Source: Candidatus Poribacteria bacterium
GTDB taxonomy: Bacteria; Poribacteria; WGA-4E; WGA-3G
DNA: 64,000 nt
Reading direction: 5' to 3'
NCBI GenBank assembly: GCA_965214045.1
Contig: OZ243935.1
Location: forward strand, 2,316,994-2,380,993
Positions 1 to 9,723 of this stretch are shown piece after piece. The translations under genes were made by a program, and so were the position numbers. The notes under the pieces are model-generated. The model was given only the letters and a program-made list of their open reading frames with translations, was not told where the DNA came from and ran no database searches. The number at the start of each line of letters is the position of its first letter. Within the stretch, counting starts at the first letter, position 1.

Positions 1-17
1 ATATTAACCAACGCCGG

Positions 18-515
18 ATGCTCTTGACAGTTGTTATTGCCACTATTTTCGGCGGGCTTGTCGCCTTTTGGGTCCAACTGCATCTCTACTACCAATTCGG
101 TGCGGATTCCGGCTACTTTGGACCGTGGGCACTCGGTTACGGGAGAGAATACTTCGGACGGTTGACGAACTGGATTACGTATCCGCTCAGCACAGACTGG
201 CTTGGCGTAATATTTATGGGGATTGGCTTTTCTGTCATGATGGTGCTTACATATCTTCGTGTCAAATTCTTTTGGCTACCCCTGCATCCACTCGGTTATG
301 TGATGGCGAGCAACCAAGAAATGTCTGACCTCTGGATTCCGTTGCTAATTGCCTTGACATTGAAATGGCTTATCCTTCGACACGGTGGTATCCAGAGTTA
401 TCGGCGCGCCATCCCCTTCTTCTTAGGATTAGTCCTCGGTGATTACCTTATGGGGAGCACATGGAGCCTCCTAAACATCCTTCTGAACACCACGATGTAT
501 CAGTTCTATCCATAG
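18..515 (+). CDS. integral membrane protein, C-terminal part (5' end lies left of the window)
   Basis: ORF runs from the window edge. It has several hydrophobic segments. No family recognised by eye. Confidence 0.35.
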   Translation: MLLTVVIATIFGGLVAFWVQLHLYYQFGADSGYFGPWALGYGREYFGRLTNWITYPLSTDWLGVIFMGIGFSVMMVLTYLRVKFFWLPLHPLGYVMASNQEMSDLWIPLLIALTLKWLILRHGGIQSYRRAIPFFLGLVLGDYLMGSTWSLLNILLNTTMYQFYP

Positions 516-525
516 GAACAGTGTA

Positions 526-945
526 TCAGAGATCGAAAATAACTTGAGCAAACCAGCTACCATCACACTTTCGCACGACCTGCAACTGATGATACGTAAC
601 ACTCTTAATTTCGGTGTAAACCTCGTGTTTATCGAAATTTGTCGGTTCACCGTAAACCGTCGCTGATACCTCCGTTTCACTACACCGATGGATATCGGCG
701 CGTTTAAAAAATATCTCCTTCGTTTCGTGTTGAAAGATGAGTTCGTCAAGCCACCCGACGAAGAGATCTTCCACAGATTCAGCCGTAAGGTGGATCTCGA
801 CCGAGTCTGTCTCATCAATTGTATCCACGACCGCTATCGTTTCAAAGAGCCCCTGTGCCGCGTTTTTCAGAAGATTAGGTAGACTTTTCCCTCTAACCAG
901 TAGCCCCATATCAGCCGTGTGTTCGACGTATTCATAAGGTTTCAT
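526..945 (-). CDS. archease (activator of RtcB-type RNA ligase)
   Basis: 139 aa. The N-terminal MKPYEYVEHTADMG...VRG motif and the size are typical of the archease family. Confidence 0.7.
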   Translation of the reverse strand: MKPYEYVEHTADMGLLVRGKSLPNLLKNAAQGLFETIAVVDTIDETDSVEIHLTAESVEDLFVGWLDELIFQHETKEIFFKRADIHRCSETEVSATVYGEPTNFDKHEVYTEIKSVTYHQLQVVRKCDGSWFAQVIFDL

Positions 946-1366
946 TTAATTCTCCATTGTCGCGATTTTTTTCCCTCATCTCCGCAACATCATACCCTGA
1001 GAATCCGATCCTGTCAATTCTCAAAGCCTTCCTGTAGGAGCAACCTCTGAATCCTGACTCCCTCTTCTGTAGAAGTGACCTTCCGGTCGTGACTTTTCCC
1101 AGAACCCGTGCCCTATCTAAACACTGACTCTTGTAGGAGGGAACTCCGATTCCCGACTGCTAACTTCCCACCTGTAGACTTTCAGAGTAAACCTACAAAA
1201 CACCTGCTATGAAAACCGCCCAGAACCCAGTTGTAGTGAAGGTTTACAACCCTTTCTAAGACCTATCACTTTCCATGTTTTACGCTGAATATTCTGAAAC
1301 ACAGCAAAAGGAAATGGCAACTGCTGACTGCTGACTGCTGATTGCTCTATACAAAATACAAATCCG

Positions 1367-1395
1367 TTGACAGGAAACGGATTTTAGGGTATAAT
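1367..1395 (+). promoter_or_regulatory. sigma70-type promoter, perfect consensus (TTGACA-17 bp-TATAAT)
   Basis: TTGACA at 1367-1372 and TATAAT at 1390-1395, with an exact 17-bp spacer. It lies about 150 bp upstream of the aldolase start and is preceded by a (CTGCTGA)n repeat. Confidence 0.5.
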
Positions 1396-1547
1396 TATAA
1401 AAGTTCAAGCGTGAATTGAAACGCCTGCTTTGCTGTCGGAATAGCACCTGCTATGGCGTTTGCATTATGAAATTAAACTTACACGCACCACAGACACTAT
1501 TTAACGGCAAGTTTTGGAAACCTGCAAGCTGCAATAAAAAGCGAGGG

Positions 1548-2258
1548 ATGATAATGTCAGCAGCAAATTTGAAACAGCGGATACATAACGGAGAACTCGT
1601 CTATGGCGCTAACGTCTCTATGGCAGCATCTGCCGACGCGCTCGTTGCCAAAGTCGAAGAGGGCTACGATTTTGTCGCCGTGGATAGCCAACACTCTCCA
1701 TACAACGAGGATCGGCTCGTTGCCTTCTGTAACATGGCAAATGAGTTGGGGATTCTGGTCAACTTTCGGATTAAGCATACCCGACACGCGTATCTCATTG
1801 GCAACTGTCTTGATTTAGGTCCCACAGGCATTGAGGTGCCACAGGTCGAATTAGATGAAACCGTGAACGAAGCAGTTGCTGCTTTCTACTATCCGCAGCA
1901 GGGGCTTCGAAGTTGGGGCGGTGCTGCCCGGGTGAATTCCGAAGGTAGAGAACGGCTTGAGTACGCCGATTGGTGGAACTCCAATGGCATCCTCTGGATG
2001 CAAATTGAATCCATAGAAGCCGTCACACATGCGCGATATCTCGCTAAGCCGGGGGTTGACTGTCTCTCCTTCGGTCCCGCTGATCTGACGTTCAGCATTG
2101 AGAGCCATCCAAATCATGCACTCCAAACCGTGGATGCCTGTGTTGAATACGTTGCAAGAGCTTTGGAGGGGACTACAACCGCTGTCTGCTTTAGGAATGG
2201 TAATCCGAGCACCCGCCAAAAGTACGCCGACATGGGTGTTACCGTCTTTTTGGAATAG
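1548..2258 (+). CDS. HpcH/HpaI-family aldolase (2-keto-3-deoxy sugar-acid aldolase class)
   Basis: The core MIMSAANLKQRIHNGELVYG...VAVDSQHSPYNEDRL...W(M)QIESIEAV resembles HpcH/HpaI aldolases. The ORF-track start at 1416 is probably too far upstream. ATG 1548 or 1554 is preferred, with a GAGGG Shine-Dalgarno just upstream. Confidence 0.65.
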   Translation: MIMSAANLKQRIHNGELVYGANVSMAASADALVAKVEEGYDFVAVDSQHSPYNEDRLVAFCNMANELGILVNFRIKHTRHAYLIGNCLDLGPTGIEVPQVELDETVNEAVAAFYYPQQGLRSWGGAARVNSEGRERLEYADWWNSNGILWMQIESIEAVTHARYLAKPGVDCLSFGPADLTFSIESHPNHALQTVDACVEYVARALEGTTTAVCFRNGNPSTRQKYADMGVTVFLE

Positions 2259-2260
2259 TA

Positions 2261-3592
2261 ATGCTGAGTTACGGATTGGTAAGCACAGCAATAGCGGAAG
2301 ACCGAGAACGACTGCTTGAGGGCATGCGACTGTTAGCAGAAGTCGCGCACAAACACGGTATGCCCATAACGTGGGCGGTCGATACCAAATCTGCTCCAGT
2401 CGTCGCGAAGCTACTCACAGCATGGCATACAGAGAACGGCGACGCGCCATTGTTGATGCTCGACATCGGACAGATCTGGGAAACAAATTGGGAGCGGGCA
2501 AGGAACGCAAATCCGGGTGCCAGCACAGAAGCCATGGCATCGCATCTCGTCACGATGCGAGAGAAGTTGCCAGAATATATAACAAGGGAACGGGAAAGAC
2601 TCACGCGTGCAATGTCTTGGGCAGACCCCAACATCGCAGGAGCAGTCTTCAAGAATGATACTTTTCTACGGGTACTTGAACAGACTGGGTTCCGAGGACT
2701 TTGGGGTTACCACTGGAGTCAGTCGGATGTTGATGACACAGACCCGCACGTTCCCGAAGTTGAAGTTTCCGATCGCGGAGGTTTTGGATGTTTCTACCCG
2801 CTTGAGGCTTCCGCGTCTCTTGATGCTATTGTCACGCGAGGCACCCCTGATGTAGATAGCGCACAATCATTTGAAAAGATTGTGGGTATACCTTACCATA
2901 CCGCTGGTCATCTTGCCGAAGAGACACAAAATCTCCGCGCGGCACTCTTAAACGGAACAGCGCAACAACATTATGATGTCTATGTAGGAAGCACAGCGTG
3001 GAATCAATGGCTTGGTTATGTGGAACATATCGACCCACTTACCGTTGCGCACCTTGGGCAAGAGGGATTGGAACGACTCGATGCCTACTTCGCACACGTC
3101 GTTGGGATTCAAGACACAAAACCGTTACTTCTTTCTCAAATGGTTGACGATTACATTAAACGTTGCCAGAAAACCGAACCGACAGCTGTTATAGAAACGA
3201 GTACAGAGATCCAAGAGGAAACTGCTAAGCCGAAGTCTACGTTAAAAATGTTTTACTACGACGCCGCATGCGAATTCACTTTTGTTGAAGGTGCTATGGA
3301 TCCCATTGAAATCAAAAACTATGCTGGTGAACGGGTGTTACAATCCGAGGCGCATAAACCTGTCCTAACCGGTTTTCTACCGACGCGACATCGGACGCAG
3401 CTACATATCGCTATTGTGATAGAGTCAACGAGGACGATGCCTTATGGGATGGCAGTGTGGGGCGACCACGAAGGTTTACAATTAACCGAGTCTAACGTCG
3501 ATGATGTTAGATGGATAGGAGAACATTCGCTTTTTATACGCCTCACATTACAATCCGGAAAGAACGAATTTAGCGTTAAACTGACAATTTAA
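2261..3592 (+). CDS. hypothetical protein, likely co-transcribed with the aldolase
   Basis: 443-aa ORF that starts 3 nt after the aldolase stop. No recognisable family. Cytoplasmic-looking. Confidence 0.45.
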   Translation: MLSYGLVSTAIAEDRERLLEGMRLLAEVAHKHGMPITWAVDTKSAPVVAKLLTAWHTENGDAPLLMLDIGQIWETNWERARNANPGASTEAMASHLVTMREKLPEYITRERERLTRAMSWADPNIAGAVFKNDTFLRVLEQTGFRGLWGYHWSQSDVDDTDPHVPEVEVSDRGGFGCFYPLEASASLDAIVTRGTPDVDSAQSFEKIVGIPYHTAGHLAEETQNLRAALLNGTAQQHYDVYVGSTAWNQWLGYVEHIDPLTVAHLGQEGLERLDAYFAHVVGIQDTKPLLLSQMVDDYIKRCQKTEPTAVIETSTEIQEETAKPKSTLKMFYYDAACEFTFVEGAMDPIEIKNYAGERVLQSEAHKPVLTGFLPTRHRTQLHIAIVIESTRTMPYGMAVWGDHEGLQLTESNVDDVRWIGEHSLFIRLTLQSGKNEFSVKLTI

Positions 3593-3612
3593 TCTTCTGA
3601 TGATGGTGCGCC

Positions 3613-3648
3613 ACGACGACTTCTTTCATTGGTGAAGTCGTCGTTTTC
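3613..3648 (+). terminator. rho-independent terminator-like hairpin
   Basis: acgacgacttc / gaagtcgtcgt stem followed by TTTT, directly after the stop of the 2261-3592 gene. Confidence 0.45.
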
Positions 3649-3651
3649 GGG

Positions 3652-3739
3652 TTGTGAAGGAAGTGTCGAGGACACACGGTCTTAATAGTGCCAAATTGTG
3701 AAGGAAGTGTCGAGGACACACGGTCTTAATAGTGCCAAA
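3652..3739. repeat. perfect tandem duplication, 2 x 44 bp
   Basis: The unit ttgtgaaggaagtgtcgaggacacacggtcttaatagtgccaaa occurs at 3652-3695 and again at 3696-3739. Confidence 0.85.
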
Positions 3740-3801
3740 AACGTAAGTCCAAATAACGTGCCGGGCTGGATTACGATGAGGATCGTCAAAATCCTAACCA
3801 G

Positions 3802-3828
3802 CCTGACCGAACCGCAAGGAAAATTAGG
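3802..3828 (+). repeat. orphan copy of the CTGACCGAACCGCAAGGAAAATTA core motif (no start codon follows)
   Basis: cctgaccgaaccgcaaggaaaattagg. The same core recurs about 165 bp downstream, in front of thrC. Confidence 0.8.
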
Positions 3829-3889
3829 AATAGGGGTCGGCAGTCAGTAAGCAGAGGATGGGGTTGTAAACCTCGTTTGTGAAGCCTGT

Positions 3890-3998
3890 AGTCCGTAGTG
3901 AAATGGAGGGGTTTTTGCTTGGGCGTTTCCTCCAGATACACGCAAAGGCACGCTAAGGTTCAGACTTGCCTGACCGAACCGCAAGGAAAATTAAAAAT
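3890..3998 (+). promoter_or_regulatory. long-form leader repeat ending in the core motif, upstream of thrC
   Basis: Contains gtagtgaaatggaggggtttttgcttgggcgttt...acgcaaaggcac...cctgaccgaaccgcaaggaaaattaaaaat followed by ATG. Homologous segments occur at 20911-21008 and 44155-44272, with a reverse copy at 54442-54466. Confidence 0.6.
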
Positions 3999-5231
3999 AT
4001 GGAAAAAGTATTAGGGCTCAAATGCCGTGAATGTGGTGAGAAGTATCCCAAGGAGCCTCTTCACGTTTGCGAATTCTGTTTCGGGCCCCTGGAAGTAGAC
4101 TATAACTATGAAGAGATACAAAAATCTGTTTCAAGGCGTTCAATAGAAAACGGTCCACAAAGCATGTGGCGTTATGCAGATCTGCTGCCGATAGATGGTG
4201 AACCGACAGATGGCATTCACACTGGATTCACGCCGCTCGTTCGGGCTAAAAATCTTGGGGACGCCCTTGGTGTCAACGAACTCTATATCAAAGATGACAC
4301 CGTCTGCCATCCGACCTTTTCCTTCAAAGATCGGGTTGTGGCGGTCGCCTTGAGCAAAGCAAAAGAATTCGATTTTGATACTGTTTCTTGTGCCTCCACT
4401 GGCAACCTCGCTAACGCTGTAGCCGCACACGCTGCTATCGCGAAATTGAATTGCTTCATTTTCATCCCCGCAGATCTCGAAGTTGGGAAGATCGTTGCGT
4501 CCCTCGTTTATGGTCCTACAGTTGTCGGTATCACCGCTACTTATGACGAGGTCAACCGACTCTGCAGTGAAATTGGTGGGGTCTATCCGTGGGCATTTGT
4601 TAATATCAACATCCGTCCTTTCTACGCTGAAGGCTCGAAAACGCTCTGTTTTGAACTGATCGAACAACTCGGTTGGAAGGCACCTGCACATATCGTCGCA
4701 CCTGCCGCTGGTGGTTCTCTTATCACAAAGATTGGCAAAGCTTTAAAGGAATTCCACATTTTGGGATTAATAGATAAACCGAACACTAAAATACATGTCG
4801 CCCAAGCCGAGGGTTGTGGACCCATCGTCAATACATACAAAGAGAATAGCGATTTTGTGAAACCTGTTAGACCGAACACAATCGCTAAATCGCTTGCTAT
4901 TGGAAACCCCGCAGACGGCATCTATGCTGTTGATACTGTCCGGAATTCCGGCGGCGCCGGCGAACACGCCACCGATATTGAAATCGTGGATGCGATCAAA
5001 CTTCTTGCTTCCACAGAAGGTATCTTCACCGAAACCGCGGGCGGTGTAACACTCGCTGCCGCGAAAAAATTGATAGAGAGTGGGCACATCGGACCCGATG
5101 AACCAACGGTTCTTGCCATTACAGGCAACGGACTCAAAACCGTTGAAGCACTTGAGAACAAAACAGATACATCACATATCATTGCCCCGCAACTCAACGC
5201 TTTTCGGAAGTTGATGACGGAAATTGGTTAG
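3999..5231 (+). CDS. thrC: threonine synthase
   Basis: PLP-enzyme motifs including FSFKDRVV (Lys in the PLP site). N-terminal zinc-ribbon-like CxxC...CxxC typical of long threonine synthases. Start set at the ATG that directly follows the core motif. Confidence 0.8.
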   Translation: MEKVLGLKCRECGEKYPKEPLHVCEFCFGPLEVDYNYEEIQKSVSRRSIENGPQSMWRYADLLPIDGEPTDGIHTGFTPLVRAKNLGDALGVNELYIKDDTVCHPTFSFKDRVVAVALSKAKEFDFDTVSCASTGNLANAVAAHAAIAKLNCFIFIPADLEVGKIVASLVYGPTVVGITATYDEVNRLCSEIGGVYPWAFVNINIRPFYAEGSKTLCFELIEQLGWKAPAHIVAPAAGGSLITKIGKALKEFHILGLIDKPNTKIHVAQAEGCGPIVNTYKENSDFVKPVRPNTIAKSLAIGNPADGIYAVDTVRNSGGAGEHATDIEIVDAIKLLASTEGIFTETAGGVTLAAAKKLIESGHIGPDEPTVLAITGNGLKTVEALENKTDTSHIIAPQLNAFRKLMTEIG

Positions 5232-5404
5232 GATCCAGTTGAAGATCTGTTTGAGTAGTTCGCTCTATGTGTGGTCTTGAAAAACTGAGCCAGAGACGGC
5301 AAGCCGAAGGCGATATGTCCTGCCTCGCCTCAAGACCCAAGTTCGTAGCGAAGTGGAGAACGACTCGAACACGGAAAGTGTAAAGTTCCAAAGTGCGTTA
5401 CTTA

Positions 5405-5446
5405 CCCGCAAGGTAAAATTAAAAGTCCGCAAGGTAAAATTAAAAA
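5405..5446 (+). repeat. tandemly duplicated core motif (cccgcaaggtaaaattaaaag twice) abutting the recD2 start codon
   Basis: Two adjacent copies. The second is followed at once by ATG at 5447. Confidence 0.8.
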
Positions 5447-7867
5447 ATGGAAACGCTGCAGGGGATACTTGAACGTATCGTCTATGAAAGCCCTGACACC
5501 GGCTATACAGTCGGAAGACTTTCCGCGCGTGATCATGCTGAACTCATCACTGTTGTCGGTAATCTGGCATCTATCAACCCAGGTGAGAGCCTTCTCCTGC
5601 AAGGCGAATGGGTAGATAACGCCAAATACGGCAGACAGTTCCAAATCGAGAAGTATGAAACCATCCTCCCCGCAAATGTAGTCGGATTAAGAAAATATCT
5701 CGGCTCAGGTCTCATCAAAGGCATCGGTCCCAAAATGGCTGGACTCATCGTCCGTAAGTTCGGTATGGATACGATGGATGTCATTGAAAACGAGCCTGAA
5801 AAATTGGCACGCGTCCCCGGTATCGGACGGAAGCGAGTACAAATCATCAAGGAAGCGTGGGAAGCGCAACGCGAGATAAAAAACGTCATGCTCTTCCTGC
5901 AATCGCACGATGTGAGCACAGCACACGCCGCAAAAATTTACAAAACCTATGGAAACGACGCAATCCCAATCGTCACAGAAGACCCCTATCGTCTCGCCGA
6001 TGACATTTATGGTATCGGCTTTGTAACGGCAGATACGATCGCACAGAAACTTGGTATTGATAAGGATGCCCCGCAACGGGTACAAGCGGGAATCAAATAT
6101 GTTCTCAGCCAAAAGGCAGATGATGGACACGTCTTCCAACACCGTGCCGAACTCATTGAGGCGTGCCAAACCATGCTTGAACAGGAACTGGGAGCGATTG
6201 AACAAGGTATCTCTGTCCTCGTCAGAGAAGAAGAGATTATTAATCCCAGTTTTACAGACGTAATGGGTTCCGATGAACAGATTGACATAAACGAGACACA
6301 AGAGAACTATGAGACTTCCGAAACAGATCAGGAACCTCTTTCAACCGATAACCTTAACCATCGACTCGACTCCGATACAACACAGCAAAGCACGAGTCGA
6401 TGGTTAAAACCAACAACCGATAACCAATCCGCCATCTATCTCGCACCCTTTTACTATGCCGAACTCGGTGTCGCAAACCAGTTTTTAAGACTCTTGGCTT
6501 CCAGTCAAGAGCAAAGCACCATTCCATCGTTACCTAATAGTACACCGTCTCTTACCCAATTGGAGGACGAGATGGGTATCCGTTTCGCGCAACAACAGCG
6601 CGAGGCGATCCATACCGCGATGACGACACGCACCATGATCCTTACCGGCGGACCCGGCACCGGCAAAACGACGACTGTTGTCGGCATGATTCGTCTGTTT
6701 GGAACAGAAGGTAGACGCATCACCCTGACGGCACCTACCGGACGCGCGGCGAAACGTCTCAGTGAAACAACCGGTTGCGAAGCCAAAACCATCCATCGGC
6801 TCCTTGAATTCTCCCCGCAAAACAATGGATTTAAGCGTAATCGTCAAAACCCTTTGGACACAGATGTCGTTATTGTTGATGAAACATCTATGGTGGACCT
6901 CGTCCTGATGAACCGTTTAATGCAGGCAATTCGTCCGACAACGACTGTTGTTCTCATTGGCGACACCGATCAGCTTCCTTCCGTTGGTGCAGGTAATGTC
7001 CTTAGAGAACTCATTGATTCCGAAAAGATACCCGTTATCCAACTCACCGAGATATTCCGCCAAGCGCAGGAGAGCATGATCGTCACAAATGCGCATCGCA
7101 TTAATAAAGGCGATTTTCCAGAACTCACTGGCGACACAGACCGGAACTTTTTCTTCATGGAGGAGGAAGATCCCGAAGCAATTACCGAATTAATATGTTC
7201 CCTCATTGCTGATCGGTTACCGCGGCACTACGATTACCATCCGATGGACGACATCCAACTTCTGTGTCCCATGCGGCGCGGGGTACTCGGCACTGAAAAC
7301 CTTAACCAACGTCTCCAGGAAATATTGAACCCAGAATATACTGCCCCAGTATCTCATCCTTTGGAAAAAAAGAGGTTCGGCGTTCAAACCTACAGGCAGG
7401 TACCCCGTAGGGGCGAGGTCGCCTCGCCCGTATCTCGAACTGCAGGGGGTTTCCGCGTCGGTGATAAAGTGATGCAGGTGCGTAACAACTACGACTATGA
7501 CGTGTTTAACGGCGATATTGGGAGAGTCGTCGCGATTGAAAACGTTGAGAAAAAGGTGTACATTCAGTTCCCTGATAAACAGGTAGCTTACGATACCGCG
7601 GACCTTGGAGAACTCGTTTTGGCTTACGCAACGACTATCCATAAGGCACAGGGCAGCGAGTATCCCGCCGTTGTTATCCCCATGCACACGCAACACTATC
7701 TCATGTTACAACGGAATCTGCTTTACACCGGCATCACCCGCGCGAAGGAGCATGTCGTGATAGTCGGCACCAAACGCGCACTCGGAATCTGCCTCCGTAA
7801 CAATCAAGTGATGGAACGCAACAGCTACCTCGCCCAACGCCTTCAGTGGGGTGAAGATAGAAATTGA
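5447..7867 (+). CDS. recD2: RecD2-type SF1 ATP-dependent DNA helicase
   Basis: 806 aa with an N-terminal RecD2-like region. The Walker A box is GGPGTGKTT. Other helicase motifs include VIVDETSMVD. The C-terminal SH3-like/2B region contains YATTIHKAQGSEYP. Confidence 0.8.
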   Translation: METLQGILERIVYESPDTGYTVGRLSARDHAELITVVGNLASINPGESLLLQGEWVDNAKYGRQFQIEKYETILPANVVGLRKYLGSGLIKGIGPKMAGLIVRKFGMDTMDVIENEPEKLARVPGIGRKRVQIIKEAWEAQREIKNVMLFLQSHDVSTAHAAKIYKTYGNDAIPIVTEDPYRLADDIYGIGFVTADTIAQKLGIDKDAPQRVQAGIKYVLSQKADDGHVFQHRAELIEACQTMLEQELGAIEQGISVLVREEEIINPSFTDVMGSDEQIDINETQENYETSETDQEPLSTDNLNHRLDSDTTQQSTSRWLKPTTDNQSAIYLAPFYYAELGVANQFLRLLASSQEQSTIPSLPNSTPSLTQLEDEMGIRFAQQQREAIHTAMTTRTMILTGGPGTGKTTTVVGMIRLFGTEGRRITLTAPTGRAAKRLSETTGCEAKTIHRLLEFSPQNNGFKRNRQNPLDTDVVIVDETSMVDLVLMNRLMQAIRPTTTVVLIGDTDQLPSVGAGNVLRELIDSEKIPVIQLTEIFRQAQESMIVTNAHRINKGDFPELTGDTDRNFFFMEEEDPEAITELICSLIADRLPRHYDYHPMDDIQLLCPMRRGVLGTENLNQRLQEILNPEYTAPVSHPLEKKRFGVQTYRQVPRRGEVASPVSRTAGGFRVGDKVMQVRNNYDYDVFNGDIGRVVAIENVEKKVYIQFPDKQVAYDTADLGELVLAYATTIHKAQGSEYPAVVIPMHTQHYLMLQRNLLYTGITRAKEHVVIVGTKRALGICLRNNQVMERNSYLAQRLQWGEDRN

Positions 7868-8021
7868 CGCACTCTTGCGAAGCAATCGCTTTGGTGATCC
7901 TATCATAAACGGAATTACTAAAGTTTGAACAATTTGTATGTTATCATGGGGTACTCTCAAAAAGATGTGCCGATTCTCACAGCGAAGCATCTACGGAGAG
8001 GCGTATGAACATACATACCTA

Positions 8022-8051
8022 CTTCAGCGACCCACAAGGAAAATTAGAAAA
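8022..8051 (+). repeat. core motif copy (cgacccacaaggaaaattagaaaa) abutting an ATG
   Basis: Lies immediately 5' of ATG 8052, the start of a signal peptide. Confidence 0.75.
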
Positions 8052-9593
8052 ATGAAACGAATCACGTTATTTTTTATCGGTTTCCTATTACTCTCTACAC
8101 AACCCCTCGTACATGCCGAGGTCACGTTGCCGCGTGTCATCAGCAGTAACATGGTACTGCAACGCGATATGCAAGTCCCCATCTGGGGATGGGCATCCGC
8201 AGGCGAGGAAATCACGATAAGTCTCAGCACTGAAAATGAAAGTGCTGAACCGCTTTTTTCAACCACTGCAGTTGCCGATGCCGAAGGCAACTGGCGACTC
8301 AAGCTTGATGCAATGGAAGCCGGGGGTCCCTATACGCTTCGCGTTATTGGAAGTAATACCCTTGAATTGACAAACATTCTTTTCGGGGAAGTCTGGGTCT
8401 GCTCCGGACAGTCAAATATGGAGTGGTCTGTCCGTGCCTCAAAAGACAGCGATGCAGAGATCACTGCAGCGGACTATCCAACAATCCGACTGTTTGACAT
8501 TCCGCATAGACCTTCGGGACTGCTCCAGCAAGATGTAGGAGCCGACTGGCATGAGACCACCCCAACAACAATCGAGAATTTCTCCGCTGTTGCTTACTAT
8601 TTCGGGAGAAAACTTCACAAGAACCTCAATGTCCCGATTGGATTAATAAGTACCAATTGGGGTGGCACCCGTATTGAGCCATGGACACCACCTGTCGGTT
8701 TCGCCAATGTTCCTGCTCTTGAATCCATAGCCAAAGAGATCCAAGAAGCGGACGCAAGTTACCGCGAGCAACTTCCGCAAAAGATGAAAGAGATTGAAGC
8801 GTGGATTGCGGAAACGCGGAAGGCATTAGAAACCAACGCTCGCCTCACACAGATACCCGAAAATAGACACGCTCTGAGACATCACGCCAGACCCACTGGA
8901 CTCTATAACGGCATGGTGCATCCAATCGTCCCTTATGCTGTCCGTGGAGCAATCTGGTACCAAGGCGAATCGAATCTTCAGGACGGAATGCTCTATCATG
9001 AAAAAATGAAGGCACTCATCAGTGGGTGGCGTGAGGTTTGGGGGCAGGGAGATTTCCCTTTCTATTTCGTGCAACTTGCTCCATTTAACTATGGTTGGGG
9101 AGCCAGTCCATTTTTACTACCGGCAATTTGGGAAGCACAAGCCGCGACGTTATCTGTACCGCATACCGGCATGGCTGTAACAACAGATGTTGGTAACCTC
9201 CAAGACATCCATCCGCGAAACAAGCAGGAGGTTGGTAGGCGGCTTGCGTTGTTGGCACTCGCGAAAACGTATGGCAGAGAAGATGTAACCCATTCTGGTC
9301 CACTTTACAAGTCGATGATGGTAGAGGAAAACACAATTCGACTGAACTTTAACTCTGTCGGGAGTGGCTTGATGGCACGAGATGGACAACCACTGACATG
9401 GTTTGAAATCGCAGGCAAGGACAAGCAATTCGTTGAAGCGACTGCAGCGGTTGACGGTAACACAATCGTTGTGTCCAGCGATGCTGTTGCGAATCCGGTC
9501 TCGGTTCGATTCGGTTGGCATCAAAGTGCGGAACCGAATCTCATTAACAAGGAAGGATTACCTGCATCACCCTTTCGCACACATCCGTGGTGA
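8052..9593 (+). CDS. secreted SGNH-type carbohydrate esterase (sialate O-acetylesterase-like, DUF303 family)
   Basis: Signal peptide MKRITLFFIGFLLLSTQPLVHA. The GEVWVCSGQSNME block is characteristic of sialic-acid 9-O-acetylesterase-like enzymes. The ORF-track start at 7938 lies upstream of the motif and of the signal peptide. Confidence 0.65.
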   Translation: MKRITLFFIGFLLLSTQPLVHAEVTLPRVISSNMVLQRDMQVPIWGWASAGEEITISLSTENESAEPLFSTTAVADAEGNWRLKLDAMEAGGPYTLRVIGSNTLELTNILFGEVWVCSGQSNMEWSVRASKDSDAEITAADYPTIRLFDIPHRPSGLLQQDVGADWHETTPTTIENFSAVAYYFGRKLHKNLNVPIGLISTNWGGTRIEPWTPPVGFANVPALESIAKEIQEADASYREQLPQKMKEIEAWIAETRKALETNARLTQIPENRHALRHHARPTGLYNGMVHPIVPYAVRGAIWYQGESNLQDGMLYHEKMKALISGWREVWGQGDFPFYFVQLAPFNYGWGASPFLLPAIWEAQAATLSVPHTGMAVTTDVGNLQDIHPRNKQEVGRRLALLALAKTYGREDVTHSGPLYKSMMVEENTIRLNFNSVGSGLMARDGQPLTWFEIAGKDKQFVEATAAVDGNTIVVSSDAVANPVSVRFGWHQSAEPNLINKEGLPASPFRTHPW

Positions 9594-9691
9594 TTGGCTT
9601 TCAGCGATCAGTGGTCAGCAATCGGCAAAAGAGTGTAATTTCACCAGAAAACCTTTTAACTGACCGCCGACTGCCGTAAAAAATGGAGGTA

Positions 9692-9712
9692 GGGGCGGGG
9701 TTACCCCGCCCG
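9692..9712. other. GC-rich hairpin (ggggcgggg tta ccccgcccg) between the esterase and dehydratase genes
   Basis: Perfect 8/9-bp palindrome. It is followed by an A-run on the + strand and a T-run on the - strand, so it could act as a terminator or attenuator. Confidence 0.4.
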
Positions 9713-9723
9713 TACAAAAAATA

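Noticed and set aside
5194-5644. Antisense and overlapping small ORFs from the six-frame track inside thrC, recD2, pnkp and similar genes
   Set aside because: They are fully contained within well-supported genes on the opposite strand or in an alternative frame, and none has a recognisable family.
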